Origin: Balanoglossus misakiensis
Taxonomy: Eukaryota; Animalia; Hemichordata
Length of the DNA stretch: 64,000 nucleotides
Assembly (NCBI GenBank): GCA_040954595.2
Contig: CM082580.2
Span: 2,470,783-2,534,782 of the forward strand
Reading direction: 5' to 3'
Shown here in pieces: positions 1 to 14,200 of this stretch. Each line of letters starts with the position of its first letter. The first letter of the stretch is position 1. The notes beneath the pieces were generated by a model. That model ran no database searches. It saw only the letters and a program-made list of their open reading frames with translations, and was not told the DNA's origin. The position numbers and the translations under genes are program-made.

Positions 1-1534
1 GTAGTCTTCACTGAATTGTTCAAAATTTGTATTATAGTCCGGACTAAACAGTAAACAGTAACAATGGTAAACAACATGTGCCATTACTACTGACGCATGC
101 TCCGACAAAGAAACGCGATTTCACCACCCCTTGCGTGAAGAGCGCCACCTCATGTCGAAAATGAACATTGGAAGCCCGGCCGTCGCCAGAAGAATGGGCA
201 AAATTACACTGAATGGGTTTTCATCGCAGCCATGTCTCCACACACAGCATGCCGACCCGGTCGATGTACAGCCCTGAAGCGAAAAGAACACACTCAGGGC
301 TTGTCCGCATACATCCTATGCATATCGAACATGGACATAAGTTTGCAACACAATTTTAAAAAAGAACTATATATACCACAGGCTTACATCACTCACCTTA
401 GATTTTTTTTAAATTATAAAACTAATCTACCTCGTTGTGAAAAGCGTGTTATATTTTAATTCAAACACAGTAATTACGATAACTCCGGTAACATAACTCG
501 AAAAACACATAAACTGTGAAAAATGTTCAAATTTAACATTTTCTACAGTTTTATGGGTTGTCATAAACCCATGATTTCTTAGTCACTGGGAATACCATAG
601 CATATTTTAGAAAGATCGTTGTAGTTAAAGTAATGATTTGTTTGAAAATAATTCTAATTTAAAAAAATAATTTTATCTTCCGCCAAGGAATATATTTTCA
701 TGCGTTAAATGCATATTTTTTATTGTAGAATTGTACTGGCAGTTCTTTGCGTTGAAATTATATAAGTATAAAAAACTATATTTATTTCAAAAACCTTTTC
801 AGTGTGTCACCGAGTCACTCCAACACATTTAAGCTCATTCACTTCACGTTAATCACTGAAATGTTTACAATTTATGGTAATTATATGGTAATAAGATATA
901 TGTTAATGTCTCAAAGAGCTACGATAGTTTAACGTTTGACATTTTCATGAAAACACACGCATGCAATCGTGAATCACTGTTTGTCAGGAACACTATATAA
1001 ACGTATATCTAAAACATCATTAAAATCTGCATTCAATCGATTATATGGTCTAAACCATTATACTAAGCATGCCTTCTCTTCTGTTCTTCACATCTCTAGG
1101 CTTCTTGCCTACCAGAGAAGAATGGAAAATAACAGTGATCATTGAGACCACATAAGAAAGCAGAATATTTGTACACATACATGTCTGCGTATTGGTATTA
1201 GGATCTAGGAGAGTTTGGGTTTGATTGATTTACTATTGAGTGAACCGTATAAATTTGCAGTGAAACGGCCAATAATCAAACTAAAACGTGTCACTTGAAG
1301 CCTTATTTATCCTACCAGCCCGTAATAGTATTTGCGTGCGACTAAAATTTCAATTTGCCGATAGAAAGCTTCCCAAACTGCTTACAGTGAGCACGAGAGG
1401 CCTGAGAGATGCGTAACCATACTTGTCACAACATTACAGACGGCGTCAATCTGACTACGAACGTCCCATGGACTCATATATTACTGGGCAAATGTGGACA
1501 GAAAAAAGCACAATACCGGCAATGTTTGATGATT

Positions 1535-2223
1535 TCAAGGAGGTGTACACACAACACCGACATCTTCATTGTGTTCACAGTTGTGTTCTCCCCATCCAGC
1601 ATGGTCACACTCGGCCAGTTGACTTTCCCCATTGACACATCTGACATCGTCCAGCCATATTGTTGCAACACCTTCGCCGAAGAAGGCCATCTCTTTTACT
1701 TCCCCGCCACTGGTGTATCGATTTGTGTTCCACACAGCACAGTCGTGAATGGAAAGACAAGATGACAACATTTTAGAAGTCTATATTTTCTATATTAGCA
1801 TATAAAATTATAGGCGATTACCATTCTGTATGTGTCTCGTTTCTAATATAGTCATAAATCATTTAAACTACCAACGGTTAGTCATTAGCGAGTCTGTTGT
1901 TTTAAAACTTTGTCTCACACAGTCACGCACACATGCAAATACCCATTAAATTGACAATGTCAAACAAAATAAATGTTAACCATTTTCTCCGATTTGATTT
2001 TACTTCTTTTTTTAAATGAGTGAAGAGACTTTTATTACCGATAATGTAATTGTTGACACACAATCGATGCATCTTTGGCGTCGAAGTCGTCATCACAGAC
2101 GGTACCCCATTTCCCTTCGTGTAGAATTTCCAATCTGCCTTCGTAGATACTTTCGCCTCCAACCAGTCGAACGTCGTGTTCATCTAAAAATAACAATTTC
2201 CGATGTTATACAAGATTTCTCTG

Positions 2224-2255
<32 letters not shown>

Positions 2256-5200
2256 TGTATGTATGTATGTATGTATGTATGTATGTATGTATGTATGTAT
2301 GTATGTCATTCTTACCTGGGATTTTACATAAAACGCTTACGTCTTCGTGATGCTTGCAGTCGTTTGTACCCCAGCCGTTGTGAGAGCAAGAAGATAGTTT
2401 TACTTCCAGGCCGGAGCAATTTACTTTGTCGAGCAATATTGTTGATCTTGCCTCCCCGTATGCAGCATGGCTTCTGAAAGTCCCCGGCCTGTAATATTGA
2501 GATACAGAACAGTCACTCCACAGCTTTTGTCAAATAATGGTGCCACAATGAAGTTTCCTCGTGGGTAACGTTTTTGAATTAATAGCCGTGACCAGAAGTA
2601 GTCACATGTTTTGCCTGGACTGTTGAGCTGTTCCTTGGTGAGCGTACGCGAACATTAAATCAACACCGTAGTCAAGAGGCTATTCAGTATAAGGAAACTA
2701 AGGATGCAAACTTAGAAATGGAAATGGTCGATTGGGTCATGTTGGTCTACTCAAAGGTTCGCGAAGCGTGGTAGAAATGCCGCTAAGGCCAGGAAGAAAA
2801 AATAAATTGTTCATCGGAACCGCCGCTTCTACTTTGGCTGATTTGGAATTTTTTATTTTTGGATCTCGGCAAATTCTACTTCCGCGTTACAAAATTCTTA
2901 GTACTGGCGCTGGTGGCCAGAATATGTTGTGCAAACACCAACTGTAAATGTAATGGCCTATGTTATCGTTGGGAAATATAGTATTGAATACAAGTACATG
3001 TATCAGTGATTTTGTCTGTGATATTTCTGGTAAAAAGGGAAACAATTATCTCGCCTTGTCAGCATCTGTGCAAATATGCCAGAGAACCGCAATTACCTTC
3101 AGCCTAAAAAAAATATTCGCTCTCCGCTCCTGGAACTTGGTCCAAACAATCTGATGAACAAGATTTTTATTCTCTCTGGCCTAAAGGGTGATTTTCAAAT
3201 TCAACTTCCCACTGTCCACGATCGTTTTGTAACCGAAGTGATATCTGAGTAGGATTGTTGATGAAATTACAAAATAGGTTTCCCGTTATATGAAGTGATC
3301 AAAATATCAAATTCAATATGGCTGCGCCCATAGGAGCAGCACGATGTACTTTTACAAACCTGTAGGTATATATAGTACAGAGGTACATTCTATTTCCCAT
3401 ACTCTATATATACAACTCGTATACGCATTATCTAAAGTGCTCGGCCGAAGGAACTGGGGATTCCAAACTGAGACTGGTCTTGGTTAGTTGAAGTAGAAGC
3501 ACACGCCAGTAAATGACTTACAAATATCCAAGTTGTCGACACACAACCTCCACATTTTTCTGACTGAAGTCATCATCGCATACCGATCCCCATTGGTTGC
3601 CGTGATAGATCTCCAGTCGTCCTTCATGAGAAACATTACTGTTCACAAGTCGGATATCGCCCTCCTCTGTAATACACAAAATTCATAGTTACTCCCCCAA
3701 CACTCTCCAGTATTCTAAAGCAGCTTACACTCTCGCACAGCCTCTCACCATGATTTTTATTTGAGGTTTCAACGTGTAAGTGAAGTTCTGCTGTTTACAA
3801 ATGTAGCTGGTGAAGTGTACTTTTGCTATAAGGCCATGCATTTAGCCGAGTGGTATGAACTGCACATATGCCATTTCTGTTCATAAACACATCATCGCCA
3901 TTGTTCCCAACTCCTCGCGGGGTCATTGAACAGGCAAAAGTGTATGTTAGGAGACACATGATTCTACTCCGACTGAATAAACACCTCTTGGCTACCAACA
4001 GTGAACGAGTCATTTAGGCTCTAGCAGTCCAACATTGTCGAAAATCTCACTCGGAAATTCAAGAAAAATTGTGTCGCGGTGATATTACCTGGAATGTTAC
4101 ACCGAATGTAGATGTCCCTGTCACCGACACATTGTGGCATCGGATCGTCTTCGCCATGCCTAGTGCAAATCGTTAGGCTGCTTTCTTGCCCATTACACCG
4201 AACGCTGTACGGCAGTGATGGTATGGACGCAACATTCAGATACTTCGTACTATCGACAACAGCACGACTGATTTGCAGTGGACAGAATAGACAAAACATC
4301 GGCGAATATACAATTAAAAAAAAGTTAAATTAAGACAATGGCATTGGATATATTTTTTAATATTTTGAAACTACACTCCCCCTGCAGCAAGAAAACGACC
4401 CTTTCAAACAAAGAATTTTTAGAACGGCCATGAAACTCGCCGCTATCTTTAAGTGTAACAAGTCGTTGTTATGCAGTACTATATCTGCAAGTATGCAAAA
4501 ATATCCCTACAAAGTTTAATAAAAGGTTGTTCAGTAGCACACAATTTAGAGCAGTATGTGCACGACAAATTTGCTAGATATATGCAAATTAGCCCTTTTA
4601 CAACATGTCCCTGGTAATTTTATCATAGTTCACTGTACAATAAGTAGTCTGTCTCTGAGAGCAGTGTCTGTACAACGTTTCATCAAAGTTTGTTTACCAC
4701 TTTCAGTAATTGACAACGGTTCAATATGTATACAAATGAGCACATAACTAAAATGGAATCTGTAGTACATGTACTATCGTAATCTTGTGAAATTGCTGGC
4801 TGTAGATGGTTTCGTAGAGCTTTCCGTAGACAACTATGAACATAAGAATTAAAGCTGCAAGCAGCGTTGGCGGGGCACAAGCGGTTCCCATGGTGACCAG
4901 CAAATGCCACGGCTGTATCTGCTGGGGATACCAAGATATGGGAAAGTAGGTCAAAGGTCACCTGAGGTCACCCCAAATTTTGGCAAAAAATTGGACCCCA
5001 TACTAGTCTAGGTCCAACAAAAACCAGACCCCTAACTCTATTGGTTCGCCTAGAATTAGGTATGCGCATAATTAATGAGGTCTTGTGTAAAACTCCATAT
5101 GTGCTCCATCGGCCCCCCAAAAGTTAGGACTCTAACTGCTATGGATGCTGAGATATGGGAAAGTAGATCAAAGGTCATCCAAGGTCACCTAAAATTTGGG

Positions 5201-8200
5201 CATAAACTTTTGACCCCAGAGTGGGCCATGTCCAACCAATACCAGACCTCTAGCCCTATTGGGTAGCATGGAATTAGATATGCAGAAAAATGATGTTTCA
5301 GAAATAGGTCAAAGGTCATTGTCAAAATTACCAAAATATTTGTGTCATGTCCTGGCAGCATTGGTACCCATGTCCACAAAATTCATGACTGTGGTGCTTT
5401 GACAAGAGGAGGTATGGGGAATATGCATATATAATTAGTTGTTTTAAAACTGGGTCAAAGGTCATGTGAAAATTGCCCTGAAAAATTGTGACAACTTCCG
5501 GTCAGATGATGACTCATATCCAAAAAAAGAATTTCCATGCTGTCAACATTTTGGCTACAAAACGGAATTATCACTTTTCAATGGTTTTCCGAAAATCCAA
5601 CATGGCCGCCATAATGATCGACCAATCACAGTGAGCTTCGCAAACTTGATAGACATAGGTTAGGTGACCACATATCCCAAATCCCGAGACTCGGTAACCG
5701 CTGGTTCTGGAGAAGAAGATTTTTAAAGTTTTAAGTAGTTTTTCAGAAAAACAATTGTAGCAAAAAAACTTTATGTATGACGTCATGATTTCAATGGGGT
5801 AAAATGATGGACAGAAGGTAGGCTACCTGCACACCAAATTTGAACTCGATCGGCCCAGTGGTTTTTGAGAAGGACTCATTTAACGATTTTCAGGAAATCC
5901 AATATGGCCGCCAGGTCACGTGACTAATTAAATATTCACGGGCCACTGCACGTCTACTCATTGGCCCCTACCACCCTACCAAGTTTCAGCCCCCTAGGTG
6001 CTGCCGTTTTCCAGATCTACCTGGCCGAATTTTGGAGAAGAAGAAGAAGAAGAATAAGAAGAATTAAAGCTGCAAGCAGCATTGTCCGGGCCCAAGCTCT
6101 GTTATCTGATCTGATATTAGATATGCACATAATTAATGAGTAGAAACATAATGCTGTTCTATCCCATAAAATATCAAGGTTATATCTATGTTTGGTGCTG
6201 ATAAAGTGTTAAGTAGGTCAAAGGTCACCCAGAGGTCACCCAACATTTGGGCAGAAAATTTTAATCCATAGTGGTCCATGTCCAACAAAAACCAGACCTC
6301 TAGCCCTTTTGGTTAGCCTATAATTAGGTATGCACATAATTAATGAGTTAAGCAGGTGTCACAGGTGACCCAAAACTTTGGCTTTTCATTATGGCCCCAT
6401 ACCTCCAAACGCCAAGGCTGTATCTGCTGTGGATGTCGAGATATGCAAAAGTAGGTCAAAGGTCACCTGAGGTCACCCAACATTTGGGCAAAATATTTTG
6501 ACCCCATACTGGTCCATGTATAACAAAAACAAAACCTCTAGGTCTATTGGTTCATCTGTAATTAGGTATGTACATATTTAATGAGGTCAGCAGAGGTCAA
6601 AGGGGTCATGAAAAGTAGCAAAATTTTTGGATCACATACAAATCGACATACATCAAAAACCAAACTTATAGCCCTATTGGTTAGCCTGGAATTAGATATG
6701 CAGAAAAATGATGCGTCAAAAGTAGGTTAAAGGTCATTGCCAAAATTACCAAAATATTTATAGCTTATTCTTGTCATATGATGATTCATATCCATAAAAA
6801 GAATTTCTGTGCTATCAATTTTTAGGCTAGAAAGGGAATTTTTACTTTTTAATCGTTTTTCACAAAATCCAATATGGCCGCCATAATCTTCGACCAATCA
6901 CATTCCTCTTCGCAAACTTGATAGACATCTGTTTAGTGACCACACACACCAAATCTTGTGACTCGGTTATCGCCGGTTCTTGAGAAGAAGATTTTTGAAA
7001 TTTTACTAGGGTTTTTCGAAAATCCAATATGGCCGCCATAATCTTCAACCAATCACAATGATCTTCGCAAACTTGATAGACATCAGTTAGGTGACCACAT
7101 ACCCCAAACCGCGTGACTCGGTTATCACCGGTTCTGGAGAAGAAGATTTTTGAAATTTAAGCCAGATTTCAGAAAAAAAATTGTAGCAAAAAAACTGCAA
7201 CATTGACAGCATAATTTCCAATTACAAAAATGATGGGTAGAAGGTAAACTACCTGCACACCAAATTTGAAGTCGATCTGACTTGTAGTTTCTGAGATCTG
7301 AGATTTGCATTTTTTCAGAATATCCAATATGGCCGCCAGGTCACGTGACTAATTAAAAATTCAAGGGTTCAATGCACGACTACTCATTGACCTTGACCAC
7401 TGTAGCAAGTTTCAGAAGTGTACCTGCAGCGGTGTCTGAGATCTAGAGCGACAAAGAATTGACACAAGAATAAAGAAAGAAAGAAGAATTAAAGCTGCAA
7501 GCAGCATTGTCCGGGCCCAAGCTCTATTAACTGATCTGATTATTAGATATGCACATAATTAATGAGTAGAAACATAATGCTGTGTTTTATCCCATGAAAT
7601 ATCAAGATTATATCTATGTTTAGTGCTGATATAGTGTAAAGTAGGTCAAAGGTCACCCAGAGGTCACCCACAATTTGGGCAGAAAATTTTGACCCATAGT
7701 GGTCCATGTCCAACAAAAACCAGACCTCTAGCCCTTTTGGTTAGCCCGGAATTAGGTATGCACATAAATAATGAGTTAAGCAGGTGTCACAGGTGACCAA
7801 AAACTTTGGCTTATCATTATGGCCCCATACCTCCAAACGCCAAGGCTGTATCTGCTGTGGATGCTGAGATTTGCGAAAGTAGGTCAAAGGTCACCAGAGG
7901 TCACCCAACATTTGGGTAAAAAATTTTGATCCCATACTTGTCCTGTCCAACAAAAACAAAACCTCTAGGTCTATTGGTTCGCCTGTAATTAGCTATGTAC
8001 ATAATTAATGAGGTCAGCAGGGGTCAAAGGGGTCGTGAAAAGTAGCAAAATATTTTGATCACACTCAATCCACATATATCAAAAACCAAACTTATAGCCC
8101 TATTGGTTAGCCTGGAATTAGATATGCAGAAAAATGATGCGTCAAAAGTAGGTCAAAGGTCATTGCCAAAATTACCAAAATATTTATAGCACATTGTAGT

Positions 8201-11200
8201 CATATGATGATTCATATCCATAAAAAGAATTTCTGTGCTATCAATTTTTAGGCTAGAAAGGGAATTTTTACTTTTTAATCGTTGTTCACAAAATCCAATA
8301 TGGCCGCCATAATCTTCGACCAATCACAATGCTCTGTGCAAACTTGATAGACATCTGTTTAATGACCACACACACCAAATCTTGTGACTCGGTTATCGCC
8401 GGTTCTTGAGAAGAAGATTTTTGAAATTTTACTAGGGTTTTTCGAAAATCCAATATGGCCGCCAAAATCTTCGACCAATCACAATGATCTTCGCAAACTT
8501 GATAGACATCAGTTAGGTGACCACATACACCAAACCCTGTGTCTCGGTTATCACTGGTTCTGGAGAAGAAGATTTTTGAAATTTAAGCCAGATTTCAGAA
8601 AAAAAATTGTAGCAAAAAACTGCAACTTTGTCAGCATAATTTCCAATTACAAAAATGATGGGCAGAAGGTAGTCTACCAGCATGCCAAATTTGAAGTCGA
8701 TCTGACTTGTAGTTTCTGAGATCTGAGATTTGCATTTTTTCAGAAAATCCAAGATGGCCGCCAGGTCACGTGACTAATTAAAAATTCAAGGGTTCAATGC
8801 AGGACTACTCATTGACCTTGACTACTGTAGCAAGTTTCAGAAGTGTACCTGCAGCGGTGTCTGAGATCTCGTGGGTCAAAGAATTGACACAAGAATAAAG
8901 AAAGAAAGAAAGTAAAATTCCAACGAAACCAATACGGGCCCAAGCCTGGCTTGGCTTGGGCCCGTAATTAAAGCTGCAAGCAGCATTGTCCGGGCCCAAG
9001 CTCTATTATCTGATCTGATTATTAGATATGCACATAATTAATGAGTAGAAACATAATGCTGTGCTTTATCCCATGATATATCAAGGTTATATCTGTTTGG
9101 TGCTGATATAGTGTTAAGTAGGTCAAAGGTCACCCAGGGGTCACCCACAATTTTGGCAGAACATTTTGACCCATAGTGGTCCATGTCCAACAAAAGCCAG
9201 ACCTCTAGCCCTTTTGGTTAGCCCGGAATTAGGTATGCACATAAATAATGAGTTAAGCAGGTGTCACAGGTGACCCAAAACTTTGGCTTTTAATTATGGC
9301 CCTATGTCTCCAAACGCCAAGGCTGTATCTGCTGTGGATGTCGAGATATGCAAAAGTAGGTCAAAGGTCACCAGAAGTTACCCAACATTTGGGCAAAATA
9401 CTTTGACCCCATACTTGTCCATGTCCAACAAAAACCAAACCTCTAGGTCTATTGGTTCGCCCGTAATTAGATATGTACATAATTAATGAGAGCAGCTGAG
9501 GTCAAAGGGGTCATGGAAAGTAGCAAAATATTTTGATCACACTCTAATCCACATGCATCAAAAACCAAACGTCTAGCCCTATTGGTTAGCCTGGAATTAG
9601 ATATACAGAAAAATGATGCGTCAAAAGTAGGTCAAAGGTCATTGCCAAAATTACCAAAATATTTATAGCTTATTCTTGTCATATGATGATCCATATCCAT
9701 AAAAAGAATTTCTGTGCTATCAATTTTTAGGCTAGAAAGGGAATTTTTACTTTTTAATCGTTTTTCACAAAATCCAATATGGCCGCCATAATCTTCGACC
9801 AATCACATTCCGCTTCGCAAACTTGATAGACATCTGTTTAATGACCACACACACCAAATCTTGTGACTCAGTTATCGCCGGTTCTTGAGAAGAAGATTTT
9901 TGAAATTTTACTAGGGTTTTTCGAAAATCCAATATGGCCGCCATAATCTTCGACCAATCACAATGATCTTCGCAAACTTGATAGACATCAGTTAGGTGAC
10001 GACATACCCCAAACCCCGTGTCTTGGTTATCACCGGTTCTGGAGAAGAAGATTTTTGAAAATAAAGCCGGATTTCAGAAAAAAAATTGTAGCAAAAAAAC
10101 TGCAACATTGACAGCAAAATATCCAATTACAAAAATGATGGGCAGAAGGTACACTACCAGCACACCAAATCTGAAGTGAATCTGACTTGTAGTTTCTGAG
10201 ATCTGAGATTTGCATTTTTTCAGAAAATCCAATATGGCCGCCATGTCATGTGACTAATTAAAAATTCAAGAGTTCAATGCATGACTACCCATTGACCTTG
10301 ACCACTGTAGCAAGTTTGAGAAGTGAACCTGCAGCAGTGTCTGAGATCTAGAGCAACAAAGAAATGACACAAGAAAAAAGAAAGAAAGAAAGACAGAATT
10401 AAAGCTGCGAGCAGCATTGTCGGGCCCAAGCGCTGATCTTGAATTATATATGCACAGTATGAATGAGAAGAAACAGAATTTTCTATCAGATGTATTATCT
10501 CATGACATAACAAGGATGTGTGTATTTTTGCTGCTGAAATAGGGTGAAGTAGGTCAAAGGTCACCTGAGGTCACCCAACATTTGGGCAAAAAATTTTGAC
10601 CCCATACTGGTCCATGTCCAACAAAAACCAAAACTCTAGCTCTATTGGTTCGCCTGTAATTAGGTATGTGCATATTTAATGAGGTCAGCAGGTGTCACAG
10701 GTGACCCAAAAATGTGGCTTTACATTTTGGTCCCATCCTGCCAAATGCCATGGCTGTATCTGCTCTGGATACTGAGATATGCGAAAGTAGGTCAAAGGTC
10801 ACCAGAGGTCACCCAACATTTGGGCAAAAAATTTTGATCCCATACTTAACCATGTCCAACAAAAACCAAACCTCTAGCTCTATTGGTTCGCCTGTAATTA
10901 GGTATGTGCATATTTAATGAGGTCAGCAGGTGTCACAGGTGACCCAAAAATGTGGCTGTACATTTTTGCCCCATCCTGCCAAATGCCAAGGCTGTATCTG
11001 CTCTGGATGCTGAGATATGCGAAAGTGGGTCTAAGGTCACCTGAGGTCACCAAACATTTGGGCAAAATTTTTTGACCCATACTGGTCCATGTCAAACAAA
11101 AACTAAAACTCTAGCTCTATTGGTTCGCCTGTAATTAGGTATGTGCATATTTAATGAGGTCAGCAGGTGTCACAGGTGACCCAAAAATGTGGCTGTACAT

Positions 11201-14200
11201 TTTGGCCCCATCCTGCCAAATGCCAAGGCTGTATCTGCTCTGGATGCTGAGATATGCGAAAGTAGGTCAAAGGTGACCAGAGGTCACCCAACATTTGGGC
11301 AAAAAATTTTGCTCCCATAGTGGTCCATGTCCAACAAAAACCAAATCTCTAGCTCTATTGGTTCGCCTGTAATTAGCTATGTGCATAATTAATGAGGTCA
11401 GCAGAGGTCAAAGGGGTCATGAAAAGTAGCAAAATATTTTGATCACACACTAATCCACATGCATCAAAAACCAAACGTCTAGCCCTATAGGTTAGCCTGG
11501 AAATAGATATGCAGAAATAATAACGTGTGAAAAGTAGGTCAAAGGTCATGTGAAAAATCGCCAAAAAATTGTAACATAATTTAGTCACATGACGATTGAT
11601 ATCCATAAAAAGAGTTTGTATGCTATCAATTTTTACACTAGGAAAAGGAATTTCAATTTTTCACTGCTTTTTACATAATCCAATATGGCCGCCATAATCT
11701 TCGACCAATCACAATGCTCTTTGCAAACTTGATAGACATCAGTGAAGTGACCAAACTCCCCGAATCTTGCGACTCAGTTATCGCCCGTTCTGGAGAAGAA
11801 GATTTTTTGAGTTTTAATATGGTTTTTCGAAAATCCAATATGGCCGCCATAATCTTCGACCAATCACAATGATCTTCGCAAACTTGATAGACATCAGTTA
11901 GGTGACCACATACACCAAACCCCGTGTCTCGGTTATCACCGGTTCTGGAGAAGAAGATTTTTGAAATTTTGACCAGATTTAAGAAAAAAAATTGTGGCAA
12001 AAAAACTGCAACATTGACAGCATAATTTCCAATTACAAAAATGATGGGCAGAAGGTAGTCTACCTGCACGCCAAATTTGAAGTCGATCTGACTTGTAGTT
12101 TCTGAGATCTGAGATTTGCATTTTTTCAGAAAATCCAAGATGGCCGCCAGGTCATGTGACTAATTAAAAATTCAAGGGTTCAATGCACGACTACTCATTG
12201 ACCTTGACCACTGTAGCAAGTTTCAGAAGTGTACCTGCAGTGGTCTCTGAGATCTAGAGCGACAAAGAATTGACACAAGAATAAAGAAAGAAAGAAGAAA
12301 GAAAGACAGAAAAACCCCAACGAAACCAATAGGGCCCAAGCGCTTGCTTGCGCTTGGGCCCTAATTAAAGCTGCAAGCAGCATTGTCCGGGCCCAAGCTC
12401 TATTATCTGATCTGATTATTAGATATGCACATAATTAATGAGTAGAAACATAATGCTGTGTTTTATCCCATGAAATATCAAGATTATATCTATGTTTAGT
12501 GCTGATATAGTGTTAAGTAGGTCAGAGGTCACCCACAGTTTGGGCAGAAAATTTTGACCCATAGTGGTCCATGTTCAACAAAAACCAGACCTCTAACCCT
12601 TTTGGTTAGCCCGGAATTAGGTATGCACATAAATAATGAGTTAAGCAGGTGTCACAGGTGACCCAAAACTTTGGCTTTTCATTATGGCCCCATACCTCCA
12701 AACGCCAAGGCTGTATCTGCTGTGGATGCTGAGATTTGCGAAATTAGGTCAAAGGTCACCAGAGGTCACCCAAAATTTGGGTAAAAAATTTTGACCCTAT
12801 ACTTGTCCTGTCCAACAAAAACAAAACCTCTAGGTCTATTGGTTCATCTGTAATTAGGTATGCGCATATCTAATGAGGTCAGCAGAGGTCAAAGGGGTCA
12901 TGAAAAGAACCAAAATTTTTTGATCACATGCAAATCCACATACATCAAAAACCAAACTTATAGCCCTATTGGTTAGCCTGGAATTAGATATGCAGAAAAT
13001 TGATGCGTCAAAAGTAGGTCAAAGGTCATTGCCAAAATTACCAAAATATTTATAGCTTATTCTTGTTATATGATGATTCATATCCATAAAAAGAATTTCT
13101 GTGCTATCAATTTTTAGGCTAGAAAGGGAATTTTTACTTTTTAATCGTTTTTCACAAAATCCAATATGGCCGCCATAATCTTCGACCAATCACATTCCTC
13201 TTCGCAAACTTGATAGACATCTGTTGAATGACCACACACACAAAATCTTGTGACTCGGTTATCGCCGGTTCTCGAGTAGAAGATTTTTGAAATTTTACTA
13301 GGGTTTTTTGAAAATCCAATATGGCCGCCATAATCTTCAACCAATCACAATGATCTTCGCAAACTTGATAGACATCAGTTAGGTGACCACATACCCCAAA
13401 CCCCATGTCTCGGTTATCACCGGTTCTGGAGAAGAAGATTTTTGAAATTTAAGCCAGATTTCAGAAAAAAAATTGTAGCAAAAAAACTGCAACATTGACA
13501 GCATAATTTCCAATTACAAAAATGTTTGACAGAAGGTAGTCTACCTGCACGCCAAATTTGAAGTCGATCTGACTTGTAGTTTCTGAGATCTGAGATTTGC
13601 ATTTTTTCAGAAAATCCAAGATGGCCGCCAGGTCATGTGACTAATTAAAAATTCATGGGTTCAATGCACGACTACTCATTGACCTTGACCACTGTAGCAA
13701 GTGTGAGAACTGTACCTGCAGTGGTGTCTGAGATCTAGAGCGACAAAGAAATGACAGAAGAATAAAGAAAGAAAGAAAGATTAAAGCTGCAAGCAGCATT
13801 GTCGGGCCCAAGCGCTGATCCGGAATTATATATGCACAGTATGAATGAGAAGAAACAGAATGCTTTATCAGGTTTTTTATCTCATGACATAACAAGGACG
13901 TATGTATTTTTGCTGCAGAAATAGAGTAAAGTAGGTAAAAGGTCACCTGAGGTCATCCAAATTTTGGGAAATTTTTTTTTATCCATATTCGTCCATGTCC
14001 AACAAAAACCAAAACTCTAGCTCTATTGGTTCGTCTGTAATTAGGTATGTGCATATCTAATGAGGTCAGCAGGTGTCTCTGGTGACCCAAAAATGTGGCT
14101 TTACATTTTGGTCCCATCCTGCCAAATGCCAAGGCTGTATCTGCTCTGGATGCTGAGATATGCGAAAGTAGGTCAAAGGTCACCTGAGGGCACCAAACAT

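Noticed and set aside
138-157. CTCF-like motif (GAGCGCCACCTCATGTCG)
   Set aside because: A single partial match with no supporting context.
2016-2477. ORFs with MYVC/IHTY repeats
   Set aside because: Translation of the (TATG)n microsatellite, antisense to or running out of SRCR exons.
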